DNA from: Nemertoderma westbladi
Taxonomy: Eukaryota; Animalia; Xenacoelomorpha
Direction of reading: 5' to 3'
Assembly (NCBI GenBank): GCA_032718475.1
Contig: JAUCBJ010001252.1
Coordinates: 1 to 39,570, forward strand
DNA length: 39,570 nt
Position 1 is the first letter of the stretch. Every line of letters begins with the position of its first letter. The position numbers and the translations under genes were made by a program. Shown here piece after piece: positions 1 to 15,722 of the stretch. The notes under the pieces were generated by a model. That model saw nothing but the letters and a program-made list of their open reading frames with translations. It was not told where the DNA came from and did no database searches.

Positions 1-143
1 ACGAACGTGTCGTTCTGTCGTTCTGTCGTTCTGTCGTGTTCAATTTTAAACGTTAATAACTCGGCCAATCTTTGATGAAATCTATCCAAACTTGGTACAC
101 ATGTTGTTTGGCAAAAGTTTAGAAATTTTCCAAGTAGAATTTC
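1..143 (+). mobile_element. Helentron/DINE-like non-autonomous repeat fragment
   Basis: (CTGTCGTT)n microsatellite followed by core GATGAAATCTATCCAAACTTGGTACACATGT. Near-identical inverted copies lie at ~24328-24465 and ~26829-26960. The family assignment is from architecture only. Confidence 0.55.
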
Positions 144-989
144 AGTGTGGCCTTCGAGAAGCTAAGATAATAGCAGTTAATTAGTTAATTAAGTTATTAC
201 GGTAAAAACACCATTTTCAACCTGCCTGTTAAAGGAAATTAATTGTTTTACAGTATAAGATTTAAATAATTATAATTAAAAATTATACAGATGTAATCCA
301 CATACTCCATTCTATTATAGTTTTTAATTAGTTCAAGTGATTTGCTTTAATAATTGTGTCTTTAATTGATCTAAAGTAATTAAAACGGCAAAAAAAATTT
401 ATTCTCATTAAATACTGCTCATTTATTGGCCAACATGCTGGTACATAGATGGGATGTGTGTGTCATTCCCAGTTGCTGGGAATGATTATTGGTCAAGTCT
501 CTGCTGCTGGCTGGGAGTTGTTGCTAAGACTAACCAGAGAGGAATAGTAATAGACAACCAGTATTGCTATTCCAGCCCAGACAGCATTCTTTAAATTCAC
601 TATAAATGTTGTATTGCTATCTCAGGTGAATGACAGATATCATAACATAAATACTATCCATGGCATGGCTGTTGTGTAGGCTTCTGAAATAGTTTATTCC
701 ACAATGTATATGTCTGGTTATTTTTTAATTGAATTTTTGCAAAGTAGTAAAATTAATGTTCTTAAAAATAATATTATTATTTTATATGTAACCTAGGAAA
801 TTAGCTACATTTTTTCGCTGCAGCTTTAAGAGTGTACATTAATTTAATATTATTTCAATACCCATATTACTACATCGGCATAAGATGCGTTGGCGTTGTA
901 TCACACATCTCCACATATCACACATATCCACATAGATGTATCAACAGTTACTCGCACAGTTTCGAAACTTCGCATAGTTATAACTGTAT

Positions 990-1531
990 AAAGATCGTCA
1001 GTCTGCGTTTAGGAAAAATATTTTATAACAAAACAGGACAAGCGACGAGCGCAACGAGGCATATAATGAAGACGAGTACTGCGTTGACTAAATTATTATA
1101 TAAACCACCTGGCTTCACATATTGATCGCATCCCTAGTTATTATTATTATAAAGAACGTCCTAGCCTGCGTTTAAGAAATATATTTAAATACAAAACAGG
1201 ACGAACGCAACGAGGCTTATAATGAATACGAGTACTGCGTTTATTATATTCCTATAAACCACCTGGCTTTGCATATTGAACGTGCGATTGGAAATAAGTT
1301 CGTGCTACCCTTCCGTGGGTGGTAGATGTCGCGGTTATGTATTGGTGGTTGGGAAGGGTGGGGGGGGGGGGGGGGATTAAAAGGGGTGAACACGTACTGT
1401 CCCCCTTTCTTTGATTGATTGGTGGTGTGGGTAAATTTCTCAAAACCTGATTTTGTGATACAGTCGCTCAATTTTAATTTGTATCTCATAACTGGGCCTC
1501 GTAATGCGCGAAGGCCCCACGAACGTGTAAT
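990..1531. repeat. Dispersed repeat with an internal ~165-bp tandem duplication and a terminal GC hairpin
   Basis: ~995-1130 repeats at ~1165-1285. 1130-1531 is the reverse complement of ~21015-21415 and ~24456-24855. It ends GGGCCTCG..CGAAGGCCCC-ACGAACGTGT, the last part being the sequence that opens the window. Confidence 0.8.
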
Positions 1532-2392
1532 CATTGCATATAGCTCCACACCTACTGTATCTGTTTTGCATTTTACATTGTAGTGTTGACCGCGATGAGA
1601 AGTAGTCAGTAGTATCAGTTTAATAAAATAATCAATAAATATTATATTGAAATTTAAAACAAAGACTACCAGTATTATATTTAAATTCAATTTTCCTGCT
1701 TTCACTGTCATTACACTGTTATCCTGTTACAGTACAACACAAAATAGTTTCATGGTGTTATAACCCTGCGTGCACCGACTGGTGCGATTTGCACCGACTC
1801 AAGTATGGTCTGGGGGAGTCCCACCCCCCCCCCCCCCCCCCCCCCCCCCCCGTGAAACCGCCCCTGCAGGGGCCAATGTTTTAGCCAGCCTTTTGCCACT
1901 ATAGTGGGCGTCTGCACTGCTGGACTATCATACGACGGACATTACATGTTTTCACTTTTCATTTCCGGTTACCTAGCTATGTTTTCACTGTAATGTAGAT
2001 TGTTCTTGGGAACACGCGACCTTCCGTATCGTTGCCAAGTTTTCACTACCATTAACCATTAATCGAGACCAATAACAGCTAGAGCTAAGAGCCCTATTTC
2101 AGTTAGTCAGTATCATAAAACAACACGGACTTTGAAATCAGGATGCTGCTAACAGTCAGTCACACTTGGTTTCTTTCTAAACTGAAACATGAAACTTATG
2201 AGAACCGGCCTTATATAGTGTGATCTCATTTAATTAAAGGTATAATTCAATCCCATGAAGTATGCGTTTCAGATCCTGTGTTTTAAATAAATAAAAAGTT
2301 TGTTCATTTATCTTCATTTTACGGTATTTTTTAAAGGTCTAGGTATCTGTAATAAATTTAGCCAAAGGCTAATAATATTTGAAAATTATCCG

Positions 2393-3739
2393 ATGAGCGA
2401 TTATCCTAGTATTTCGGAACACATGTGTTATATTCTACTCGGAGTGTTAGGGCTTTTGGGGCTGGTAAGTGCCGGTTGCTATTCCTTCTACTTTCGGCCC
2501 AGGAAGCAACAATGTTGCAAACAACGTGACGTCATAATTAAAGACATGAACAAAGGTAAAGGCGTTATATCCGATAAACATTGGTCTCGATCCATAGCCA
2601 ATCGGGGCGTAGGTCGTGTGTTCGGATTGGCTAATATCTTTGTTATCGACGATGGTGATAAATCATATAGGAAGGCGGCTACTCCTATTTTTAAACGTGT
2701 CCTGGATAAAAATCATAAAGAAAACATTGCGGCAAAAGCGAATGAGGTTGTAGTTATTGCATTGGATAATATTGACATTGCCGCTGACGGCACATTAAAT
2801 TTAGTTAAATTCACTCAATTTATTGTCCTTATTACTTTCTCGGAGTCATTCCTGGGGGTGGAGGGATTGCGTATTAAAGACCGTGCATTACAAGTGGCGA
2901 CCCTGATCAATGACCTGTGGTCGTTGAAGAACATATCGGATGCAAATAAATCCGATGAAGTTGCTGGTAAACGTAAAACATTGAACATGATTCTCGGCCA
3001 ATGCGGGGCCGCGGACCCTCACAATGTTTGGAAACCTTTATGTGAGGTCACCCGTAACAAAGTTCAGAGTGACCTTAATAGTAAAGGAGGAATCTTCAAC
3101 TGGATTCTGTCGTTACGTAAGTTGTTTAACAAGTCTTCCTCACTGCGCGGCTACGCAGCGGCGGAAGATGACGTCACAAACCTACTAAATGTAATCATCC
3201 CCGGATATGAGACGATGTGGCGAAGTGTTTTTAATCTTCTAGTTGAGGTCTCGCGGAGACCGGAAGTGCGAACTGACGTCATAGACGAGATCGTTAGCGA
3301 CCAGTTGGGATGCTGTCCACTCCTGATTGGTTGTATCTACGAAACACTGCGACTCTACCCCCCGACCAAATCAATACAGCGCGTTGCCATGGATACAAAC
3401 AATGACGTTCTACCTGGGACCTGCTGCGCGGTCGACGTTGTATCAATTAACCGGAACCCCTTTGATTGGCCCCGACCGAAGGTCTTCGATCCTTGTCGTC
3501 ATGGTAACCCAGTAAACGGATCCCGATTTCGTTCTCGGACTTTAACTTTCGGTTGCTTCCCGAATCGCTGCATCGCTTCCACCGGTTACGCTGTTGATTT
3601 CATCGATCGATTAGCTAGGGCAACGCTTAGTTACTTAGAGTTGGAGTTGCCAACCACTTTGCAGGTCGACAAAGATGGATTGCTTATTAACAGCCGCAAT
3701 ATTTACAATAAACTACGTGTCAATTACAAATTGATTTAA
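2393..3739 (+). CDS. Cytochrome P450, divergent, intronless (~448 aa from ATG 2393)
   Basis: N-terminal hydrophobic anchor then RPRK; I-helix IIPGYETMW; K-helix ETLRLYPP; PERF-like FDPCRH; heme loop FGCFPNRCIA; AATAAA at ~3768. Confidence 0.88.
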   Translation: MSDYPSISEHMCYILLGVLGLLGLVSAGCYSFYFRPRKQQCCKQRDVIIKDMNKGKGVISDKHWSRSIANRGVGRVFGLANIFVIDDGDKSYRKAATPIFKRVLDKNHKENIAAKANEVVVIALDNIDIAADGTLNLVKFTQFIVLITFSESFLGVEGLRIKDRALQVATLINDLWSLKNISDANKSDEVAGKRKTLNMILGQCGAADPHNVWKPLCEVTRNKVQSDLNSKGGIFNWILSLRKLFNKSSSLRGYAAAEDDVTNLLNVIIPGYETMWRSVFNLLVEVSRRPEVRTDVIDEIVSDQLGCCPLLIGCIYETLRLYPPTKSIQRVAMDTNNDVLPGTCCAVDVVSINRNPFDWPRPKVFDPCRHGNPVNGSRFRSRTLTFGCFPNRCIASTGYAVDFIDRLARATLSYLELELPTTLQVDKDGLLINSRNIYNKLRVNYKLI

Positions 3740-3854
3740 TTAATACTTCAGCACATTTGCTTCAAACAATAAATAAACAATGGAGTTACACGGAACCACG
3801 CATTGATAACAACAATGCGTTGTATGTACTATATGAAAATTGCTCAGACTTTCG

Positions 3855-3995
3855 CCAGACTACATGTGTACCAAGTTTGGTTGGATTTCATTGAGGATTG
3901 TTCGAGTTATTAATTAACCTTGAAATATTGGGATCGACTGATCGACAGACATAGAGCTTGAGATAGTGGTACCCGTATGCTAAGCTCGCTTAATA
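3855..3995 (-). mobile_element. Diverged Helentron/DINE-like repeat fragment
   Basis: ACATGTGTACCAAGTTTGGTTGGATTTCATTGAGGATTG..CGAGTTATTAA core and GGTACCCGTATGCTAAG end, similar to 26870-27010. Confidence 0.5.
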
Positions 3996-4889
3996 ATTAC
4001 GTGACTCGCTTTTTATATAATATTTTTATATATGGAATATAGGTTTGGTGCATGACCTACTCTACTATACTGTATATAGTATGTATCTGACCTACTATAG
4101 GTCATGTTTGGTGTTTTCAGAAGTCAAATAAGCTTGAATAATTAAAGCAGAATTATTTTTTACGGAGCAGTGTGTAAATTTAGAAAAATCGCTGGGCAGG
4201 TGATTCAATTATTGTATATGGTCACAGGCAAAGCGATTCACAAGTCAGATTTTTCCTTCGGAGAATTGCAGTTATATAAAGTTAGCAAACGCGAAAATTT
4301 ACAAAAATGTTTCAAGGAAATTTTACGAATGTTTCCGAACTTGGAGGGGATTTCCCCTCCCAGAAAGCAGGATTATCTTGTATTAGCACACTGCTCTGTC
4401 ATCATAGTCACCTGTACGGCGGAGAGGGCCCCATTCTAACACACAACGATGAACATACAACACACCAAAGATAAAAATTAACCCCTTCCCTTCCCGTCTA
4501 ATGACGTTTTTCCGTGTTCGGTGTATGACGTATTACCTTTTTTATTATAACTAATATTAGTTATGAAGAATTAATTAGTAATAAATAATTAAAAATTTTT
4601 CCACCATTCGAACATATTTGATTCACTACAACTTTAATTTTTTCATTTGCCAAGTGTAGTTCAAAAAATTGTGAATTGTTTGATTGTTCATTTTATAAAA
4701 AATGTAGGTTCTGTGGGGCATATCAGAAAGTGGATTAGTACGGAAGGGGTTAAGCTACTTTCAAGAAAATAAAAAAAAAGTACGCTCACGTTAGTCTTCG
4801 TATTACATTGATTTGTAGAGGATGGAGTGTCCATACTGTCCAATGTACCACCCCCTTAAAAAAATATAAACACGCCACTTGGTGTCCAT

Positions 4890-5145
4890 CAATATAATAA
4901 AGATTCAATGCTGCGAAATCCTAAAGAGCTTATGGAATACAAGTAATCGTTGCTGGCTTGTTATATTGTGACACAGAAGCTCAGACACCTTCCCTCAAGA
5001 GATGGTGAGACTGGGGTCTTTTCAATCCTTGCTGGTTTTCTGCAATGCAACACATTGGCTCCAGTGTAGGCCTACTCTACTATTGAGAATTTGTATTGGA
5101 TTACGCATTGAAGACAGCGATAAATGGTGATGTAAAGGGTGGCGA
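4890..5145 (+). mobile_element. Degenerate RTE-type LINE reverse transcriptase fragment
   Basis: Translates in pieces as RAYGI..GLLYCDTEAQ..DGETGVFSILAGFLQCNTLAP..VLDYALKTAI, matching the RT GVLQGDTLAP..LDY motif. Frameshifted. Confidence 0.7.
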
Positions 5146-5289
5146 TAACTGGGAACTGCTGGAGAAGTAAACATGAGGTCATAACAGATCTTCTTTCTGG
5201 CAATCAAAACAAGGTAGGAGTTCCCGTGGACGTCCGGCTATGATAAAGGGATGAATCGGCCTGTTGAATTGAAGCTACACACACATTGA

Positions 5290-5390
5290 CATGCTATGCT
5301 GGCTTAACAAAAATATTTTGCCACCACCATGCAATCCACAATTGGATAGCCCAATGCAGCATGCATTAAGAATGCTATGCCGGCTTGAAG
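5290..5390. repeat. Dispersed ~100-bp repeat, second copy at ~27397-27502
   Basis: Shared TATGCTGGCTTAA..CACCACCATGCAATCCACAATT..CCAATGCAGC..TTAAGAATGCTATGC. Confidence 0.75.
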
Positions 5391-5499
5391 GGAATAGGGA
5401 TACTGGACTTCGGAGAAACGAAATTGCGACAACCATGAAAAATGGGGGAGCCTGGAAGGGATGTCATATTTTACTGTACGAGCTTGCTCGACCAAATGT

Positions 5500-5650
5500 T
5501 AATTTGTCCCCTGCATCAATAAATCTTAACCCATTGTAGTTTGACCCCAACATCAATAAACAAAACCTATGTTAGTTTGATCCAGCCATAACCTATGTGA
5601 GTTTGGCCCCACAATCAATGAATCTAAACAATATCATTTTGTCCCCGTCC
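5500..5650. repeat. Degenerate ~40-bp minisatellite
   Basis: Recurrent TTTG(T/A/G)CCCC..ATCAAT(A/G)AA units, about 4 copies. Confidence 0.5.
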
Positions 5651-6343
5651 AGCAATAGATGTCAAAGACACCTTCAATCAATCAAAAAGTGTATGTGTGT
5701 TATGAACTATTATTTGAAATCATATTTTGCTTTAGATGATGAATTACTCAGAATATAATACTTGAAAGAATTACAAACTAAATATTATAAGTTACTTAGT
5801 ATTACTTGTTACTATTAGTAAATATAAGTTACTGATATTAAAATTAAACACATTAATACACATTAAAATCCTTTTAGTTTTATTTAAATAGAGATAAAAC
5901 CAGGAGGCTGAAGTCGGTAAAAATAAAAACAGTTATATTATAATAAGATATGATAATTTTGTTAAGAAAATGTATTTTGTTAATTGTTATTTGTTAAGAT
6001 AATGTAAAAAGAATTTGTATATAACTGTATAATAATATGCATAATGATGAAACCGTGAAAATATACAACTGCGATAAATATAAATAAAAATTATTTACCG
6101 AACCGACCAATATTTCATGATATCCGCTTTTCTTTCAACTTGTTTATTGGAATTCAGATTCAGCCATGTTTTTTACTATATGAAATGTAAACTAAAAGGA
6201 AACTTAACTTTGGAGACGTTCATCATATCATTAGATATATAGTAAGAAGTAATAAGAACATTAGGAGTAACTGAGTATAAATACTTAATAGGGTGTATAT
6301 ATGAGAGTTAGTGTAACAGATTGAGAGCAGCCCAGAAATCCAC

Positions 6344-10465
<4,122 letters not shown>

Positions 10466-10611
10466 CTAGGTTTCTCGTCAATCTTTAAATTATTAAGTAT
10501 TATATATATATAAACTACTTTTCAGTGAGGTGAAAAGTAATAGACCTAGGGGAAAATATCATATTTTGGAAACAATGGGTGAATTTTTTGGTCATATTTT
10601 AATATAATCCG

Positions 10612-10940
10612 CGTTACAGGTCAAAACGCACCTCGGTTAAAACGTACCCGATCAATAACGTACCCATATTTCGGGTATGTTTTAACTTCGGGACCCACAA
10701 CACATTATATTCATCCTAACAAAACTTGCTATAACCAATCAAATTCGTTAGTTCCGGAGATTTAAATGGAAAGGAGCAGGTTTCAGTGACGAATTAATCT
10801 ATTCAAAACAATAAATGAGAGTCAATTCAATAGCACAGGTTACAGTTTATTTTTCTTTTATAAAATTGTTAAAATACAATTGTTAAAACGTACACAGTAT
10901 TCGGGTACGTTTTAACCAGGGTACGTTTTCACTTGTTCCC
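10612..10940. mobile_element. Mutator-like MITE, copy 1
   Basis: Ends ACAGGTCAAAACGCACC..GGTACGTTTTCACTTGTTCCC with subterminal AAAACGTACCC repeats. Paralogous to 12448-12808. No TSD visible. Confidence 0.7.
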
Positions 10941-11725
10941 AAAAAAATGTTACTTTCTATTTGTAAAATAAATAGTTAGTATGCTATGTTTTATATTAAA
11001 CAGTTTGCCGCATAGTTTAAAAATTATAAAAAAAAGTAAAATTTTAGATTTAATTAACTGATTAATTATGCCTAATTTAATTAAACTATGAAAAATAATT
11101 TATTAATTACTCAGGATCAGGAAGCCCGTCGATATAGTGCGGTTAGCAGCATTCTTCTTACAATGTCACCATCATAACAACCAGTTGCTATGGAAGGTAA
11201 CACGACTCATAATATTAACCATTCGAAAGTGCATATGCATAGGCCTACTCATTATATAGGCAGACAGCCATTACGTTTATTACATCAAGCATTTAGACTG
11301 ATAGACAAGAAATTGAGGGAGTGAAAGAATACAAGATAGTAAATATATGATGATAATAGATGAGGTAAAGCAAATATGCTAAAATGGCATTCCGCTCTAC
11401 CTCAATGTCAATATCTAATCTTATGTGGAAAGGAGTAAGTTACAGTGGCAGCGTTTTCTAACCAAAACAATAAATGAATCTAGATTTCTTAATCAATGGA
11501 CAGACGGAAAGGAGCAGGCAGGTAGGTTACAGTGGCGAGCTTTTCTAACCAAAACAATAAACGATAACAGGATAACTCAATAACATCTATGTTACAGTCA
11601 TATGAAATACGAAAATACCAGAGGTGCGGATATGAACTGTACTATAGCTGTATAGGTTAATATACCGTCAACTGGGGGGGGGGGGGGGGGGGCATATCTG
11701 CATATGTACGCTTGTAGTTGTACGT

Positions 11726-12380
11726 CAGGCTGCAAACCACCACTGAACCGCGCACAACGCCTGCGCACAATTTTTCAGCCGCGCAATATCGGACAATATA
11801 CCGCGCATGCACCGAAAAAAACGCGCACACCACATTTTAACAATGTAAACGAAAAACATACGCGAGTGAAGCGAGCAAAACTTTTTCCATTAACATTGCA
11901 AAATGAAAAAGAAACGCGAGCAAAACTCAAAGTGAAGTGAGCGAAATTTTTTCATTCTAACAGTGCAAAATGAAAAAGAAACGCGATCAAAACTCAAAGT
12001 GAGCGAATTTTTTTCATTCTAACAGTGCAAAATGAAAAAGAAACGCGAGAAAAACTCAAAACAGCAAAGAGAGCGAAATTTTTTCATTCTTGACAGTGCA
12101 AAATGTAGAGAAACGCGAGCGAAGCGAGCGAAATTTTTTGTGGCAAATTATTTTTCTCACTTTGAATGCATGTAAACTTTTTTACGCCTCATCCACCTGT
12201 ACCCAGGTACCCCTGTACGCGCACTTTACGACTTTTGAACTTTTGCACAGAATACTGCGCACTTTTGTTGTCTTTCACATAATTTCGCGCACTTTTATTT
12301 CAATTCCGCGCACTTTTACCGCGCATTATTTCAAATACGCGCACAACGCGTTGCGATTTTTGCATTTCATTTGCAGCCTG
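11726..12380. mobile_element. hAT-like MITE with internal ~57-bp tandem repeats
   Basis: 11-bp TIR CAGGCTGCAAA..TTTGCAGCCTG, CGCGCAC subterminal motifs, tandem units at ~11850-12140. No clean TSD. Confidence 0.65.
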
Positions 12381-12447
12381 GGCTTGTACGATACATCTGT
12401 ACATGTTTTTGACCCTTCAGTCCAGTCATTTACTACAACATCGGAAC

Positions 12448-12808
12448 GGTAACAGGTCAAAACGTACCCGAACAATAACGTACCGATTTTCTGGTATACG
12501 TTTTAACTTAGACAACACATTATAGCAGTATACTGGTATAGTCATCCTAACAAAACTTGCTACAACCAATCAATATCGTTAGTTCCGGAGATTTTAAGGG
12601 AAAGGAGCAGGTTACAGTTACGAATTAATCTAACCAAAACAATAAACGAGTCAATAGCGCAGGTTACAGTTTATTTTTGCTATTTATTTTTGTACTACCA
12701 AAACTTAACTAACTGCCTAATGCATCATTGTTAAAACACCCAGTATTGGGTACGTTTTTGTTCGGGCATCGGGTACGTTTTAACCACGGTACGTTTTCAC
12801 TTGTTCCC
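12448..12808. mobile_element. Mutator-like MITE, copy 2, with 9-bp TSD
   Basis: TIR GGTAACAGGTCAAAACGTACC / GGTACGTTTTCACTTGTTCCC. CATCGGAAC is duplicated at 12439-12447 and 12809-12817; a 9-bp TSD with GG ends is typical of MULEs. Confidence 0.85.
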
Positions 12809-14249
12809 CATCGGAACATTTTAATTAAAAATTACTACGGCCTAAATTCTGAAATTCGAACCAATAAATAATATGGTTCGTTCACAAACCAGGAAAGTAA
12901 CACAGAAGTATGCAGATTACAGTAGGCCCTGCCTTATACTGTTATAATTGCACACAGCAGTATTGGATTGGAACGGAATGCCTTCCACATCCACATACTT
13001 CTGACTTAGGCCTATAGTCAGTTAGTTCAGTAGTTTGTAGTATTCAAGTTATAGCAGTATAGTCCTGTCAGTAGGGAACATACCCTTAAATAAGCTCCAA
13101 AAGTGGGTTCTTATTTAAGGAAAATGGCTCTTATTTAGGGGTTTTTGGGCCTTTTTTGGATATTTTTTCGATATAATATGCAATAACTTGTTTCAGGAAA
13201 AAATACCGCATAATTTTATTTCACAATGTAAAAGTTGGGTCTTTCTTGAACATAAAGCAAAAAACCAGAAAACATTTCACCGTCCGGTTTTTTTTCTACA
13301 AGCGTTTTAAAATTGCATCAAAAATACGACTAGTTCTTAAATAAGGGGGATTTTTTAAATTTACCTTATTTAAGATATCGAAATCGAAAATAAATACCAA
13401 AAGTCCCTAAATAAGAACTTTTTGACCTGGGTTTCTTATTTAGGAATACAATTGTATTCCAAAATCTGCACATTCCTTAAATAAAATAAATATTCCTTAT
13501 TCCTTACAGTATATGTTACACTTCTTTCATAATTCTTTGATTTATGTCAGTCTGAATATTGCTAATTGTTGTGTTAAGGATAAGGACAATGGTTGCACTG
13601 CACTCTATAAATCCTCTATAGAATATCGTATCATAACTGCATAATGAAGTTGCTAGCACTGGCATTCTTACCTCACACGGTAGCATAGAATAGCCCATTG
13701 ATATTCAAAAGAATAGCCCATCGCCCATCTAAGCTTACATCATTGTCACGTATTTCGATGAGACATGAGACATGACTCAAGTAACTGGACATCGCCGCAC
13801 AGTTTCGAAAAACTAACTTGTGTCCTGCATTTCCTCTTCTGTTCCGCGTTACGCCCCACTTAGATGGATTGTCCACAATGTTGTACTTGAAAGGTGTGAA
13901 AAAAAAAACCAATGTCAATGTCATGTCTCATGTCAATAGGCACAAAGATGGTTCCGTCCGGCAGCTGATAGCAGGATAGACGTTAGAAGGTTAAAGATGA
14001 TGACTGGGTGGCGTTTTTGGCCTAACTGACTCAGGCAGCAGTGGGACACGTTCGTGGGACCTTTACGCAGCGCAGCATGAAGTGAGCAAAGCCTTACCTA
14101 GCCCTAGCTGATAGGGGTCCCACCCCATTAACATGTTGTCTTTCGTTAGTCAGAGGTCGTTCAACACAATACTCGTCTCCTTAATTTGCCTCATTGCGTT
14201 AGTTTGTTTTTTACCAAACTTCAGATTATTTCTAATCTTTTGACAGACT

Positions 14250-14398
14250 ACATACCGGTACATACCAAGTTTCGTTTAATTTCATCAAGGAATGACCGAG
14301 TTATTACCGATAAAAAATTTACAACGACGACAGACAACTCGTTAATAGCACCCATATGCTAAGGTTTCGCTCACTTGAACGTGGCTCTCCCCCACATT
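14250..14398 (-). mobile_element. Helentron/DINE-like fragment nested in the TIR element
   Basis: TACCAAGTTTCGTTTAATTTCATCAAGGAATGACCGAGTTATTA core and GCTAAGG..CTCACTT..CGTGGCTC..CCCCACA end. Confidence 0.55.
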
Positions 14399-14414
14399 CA
14401 ATCCGGTTCGACGC

Positions 14415-15722
14415 AGTTTGTTGCTCGTTGTTGCTCATTGCTGCTCATTGTGCTTTATTATTTCTCATTGTTGGTCATTGTTGCTCGTTGTTGGTCATTG
14501 TTGCTTGTTGGTGCTCATTGTTGCCCGTTTGCCGTTAGTTGTACTTTATTATTGCTCGTTGTACTCTATTATTGCTCGTTGTGGCTCGTTGTTGTACTTT
14601 ATTATTGCTCGTTCAATCGTTGTTCCTCATTGTTGCTCGTTGTTTCTCGTTGTTGTACTTTATTATTGCTCATTGTTGCTCATTGATACTCGTTGTTCCT
14701 CATGTCCTAATTATTGGTCGTTGTTTCTCGTTGTTGCTCGTTGTTGTACTTTATTATTGCTCGTTCAGTCGTTGTTCCTCATTGTTGCTCGTTGTTTCTC
14801 GTTGTTGCTCATTGTTGCTCGTTGTTGTACTTTATTATTGCTCATTGTTGCTCATTATTACTCTTGTTACTCGTTGTTGCTCATTGTTGCTCGTTGTTGT
14901 ACTTTATTATTGCTCGTTCAGTTGTTGTTCCTCATTGTTGCTCGTTGTTTCTCGTTGTTGCTCATTGTTGCTCGTTGTTGTACTTTATTATTGCTCATTG
15001 TGCTCATTGTTACTCGTTGTTCCTCATGTCCTAATTATTGGTCGTTGTTTCTCGTTGTTGCTCGTTGTTGTACTTTATTATTGCTCGTTCAGTCGTTGTT
15101 CCTCATTGTTGCTCGTTGTTTCTCGTTGTTGCTCATTGTTGCTCGTTGTTGTACTTTATTATTGCTCATTGTTGCTCATTATTACTCTTGTTACTCGTTG
15201 TTGCTCATTGTTGCTCGTTGTTGTACTTTATTATTGCTCGTTCAGTTGTTGTTCCTCATTGTTGCTCATTGTTTCTCGTTGTTGCTCATTGTTGCTCGTT
15301 GTTGTACTTTATTATTGCTCAATGTTACTCGTTGTTGCTCATTGTTGCTCGTTGTTGCTCGTTCAGTCGTTGTTCTTCATTATTGCTCATTGTTGTTCGT
15401 TGTTTCTCGCTGTTGCTCATTGTTGCTCGTTGTTGTACTTTATTATTGCTCATTTTTGCTCGTTGTTGCTCATTGTTTCTCATTGTTTGTTGCTCAATGT
15501 TACTCGTAGTATTCGTAGTTCTGTAGTTGCTCATTGTTTGTCATTGTTGCTCTTTCAGTCGTTGTTCCTCATTATTGCTCGTTGTTGTACTTTAGTATTG
15601 CTCATTGTTGCTCAATGTTACTCGTTGTTGCTCGTTGTTACTCGTTGTTGCTCGTTGTTTTGTTACTCATTGTTCATTTGTTGCTCGTTGTTGCTTATTG
15701 TTGATCATTGTTGCTCGTTGTG
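14415..15722. repeat. Complex TTG-based satellite, (G/A)TTGTTGCTC-type units, with 324-bp higher-order duplication
   Basis: 9-10-bp units with GTACTTTATTATTGCTC variants. The block TTCCTCATGTCCTAATTATTGG recurs 324 bp apart (identical ORF starts at 14714 and 15038). Confidence 0.95.

Noticed and set aside
1359-1850. Poly-G/poly-C tracts (also ~11674, 20687, 22847, 31758, 36732)
   Set aside because: Mostly parts of dispersed repeats, and homopolymer lengths are unreliable; no function can be supported.
2300-2392. N-terminal extension of the P450 ORF
   Set aside because: It starts at a non-ATG codon; the first ATG at 2393 precedes the membrane anchor.
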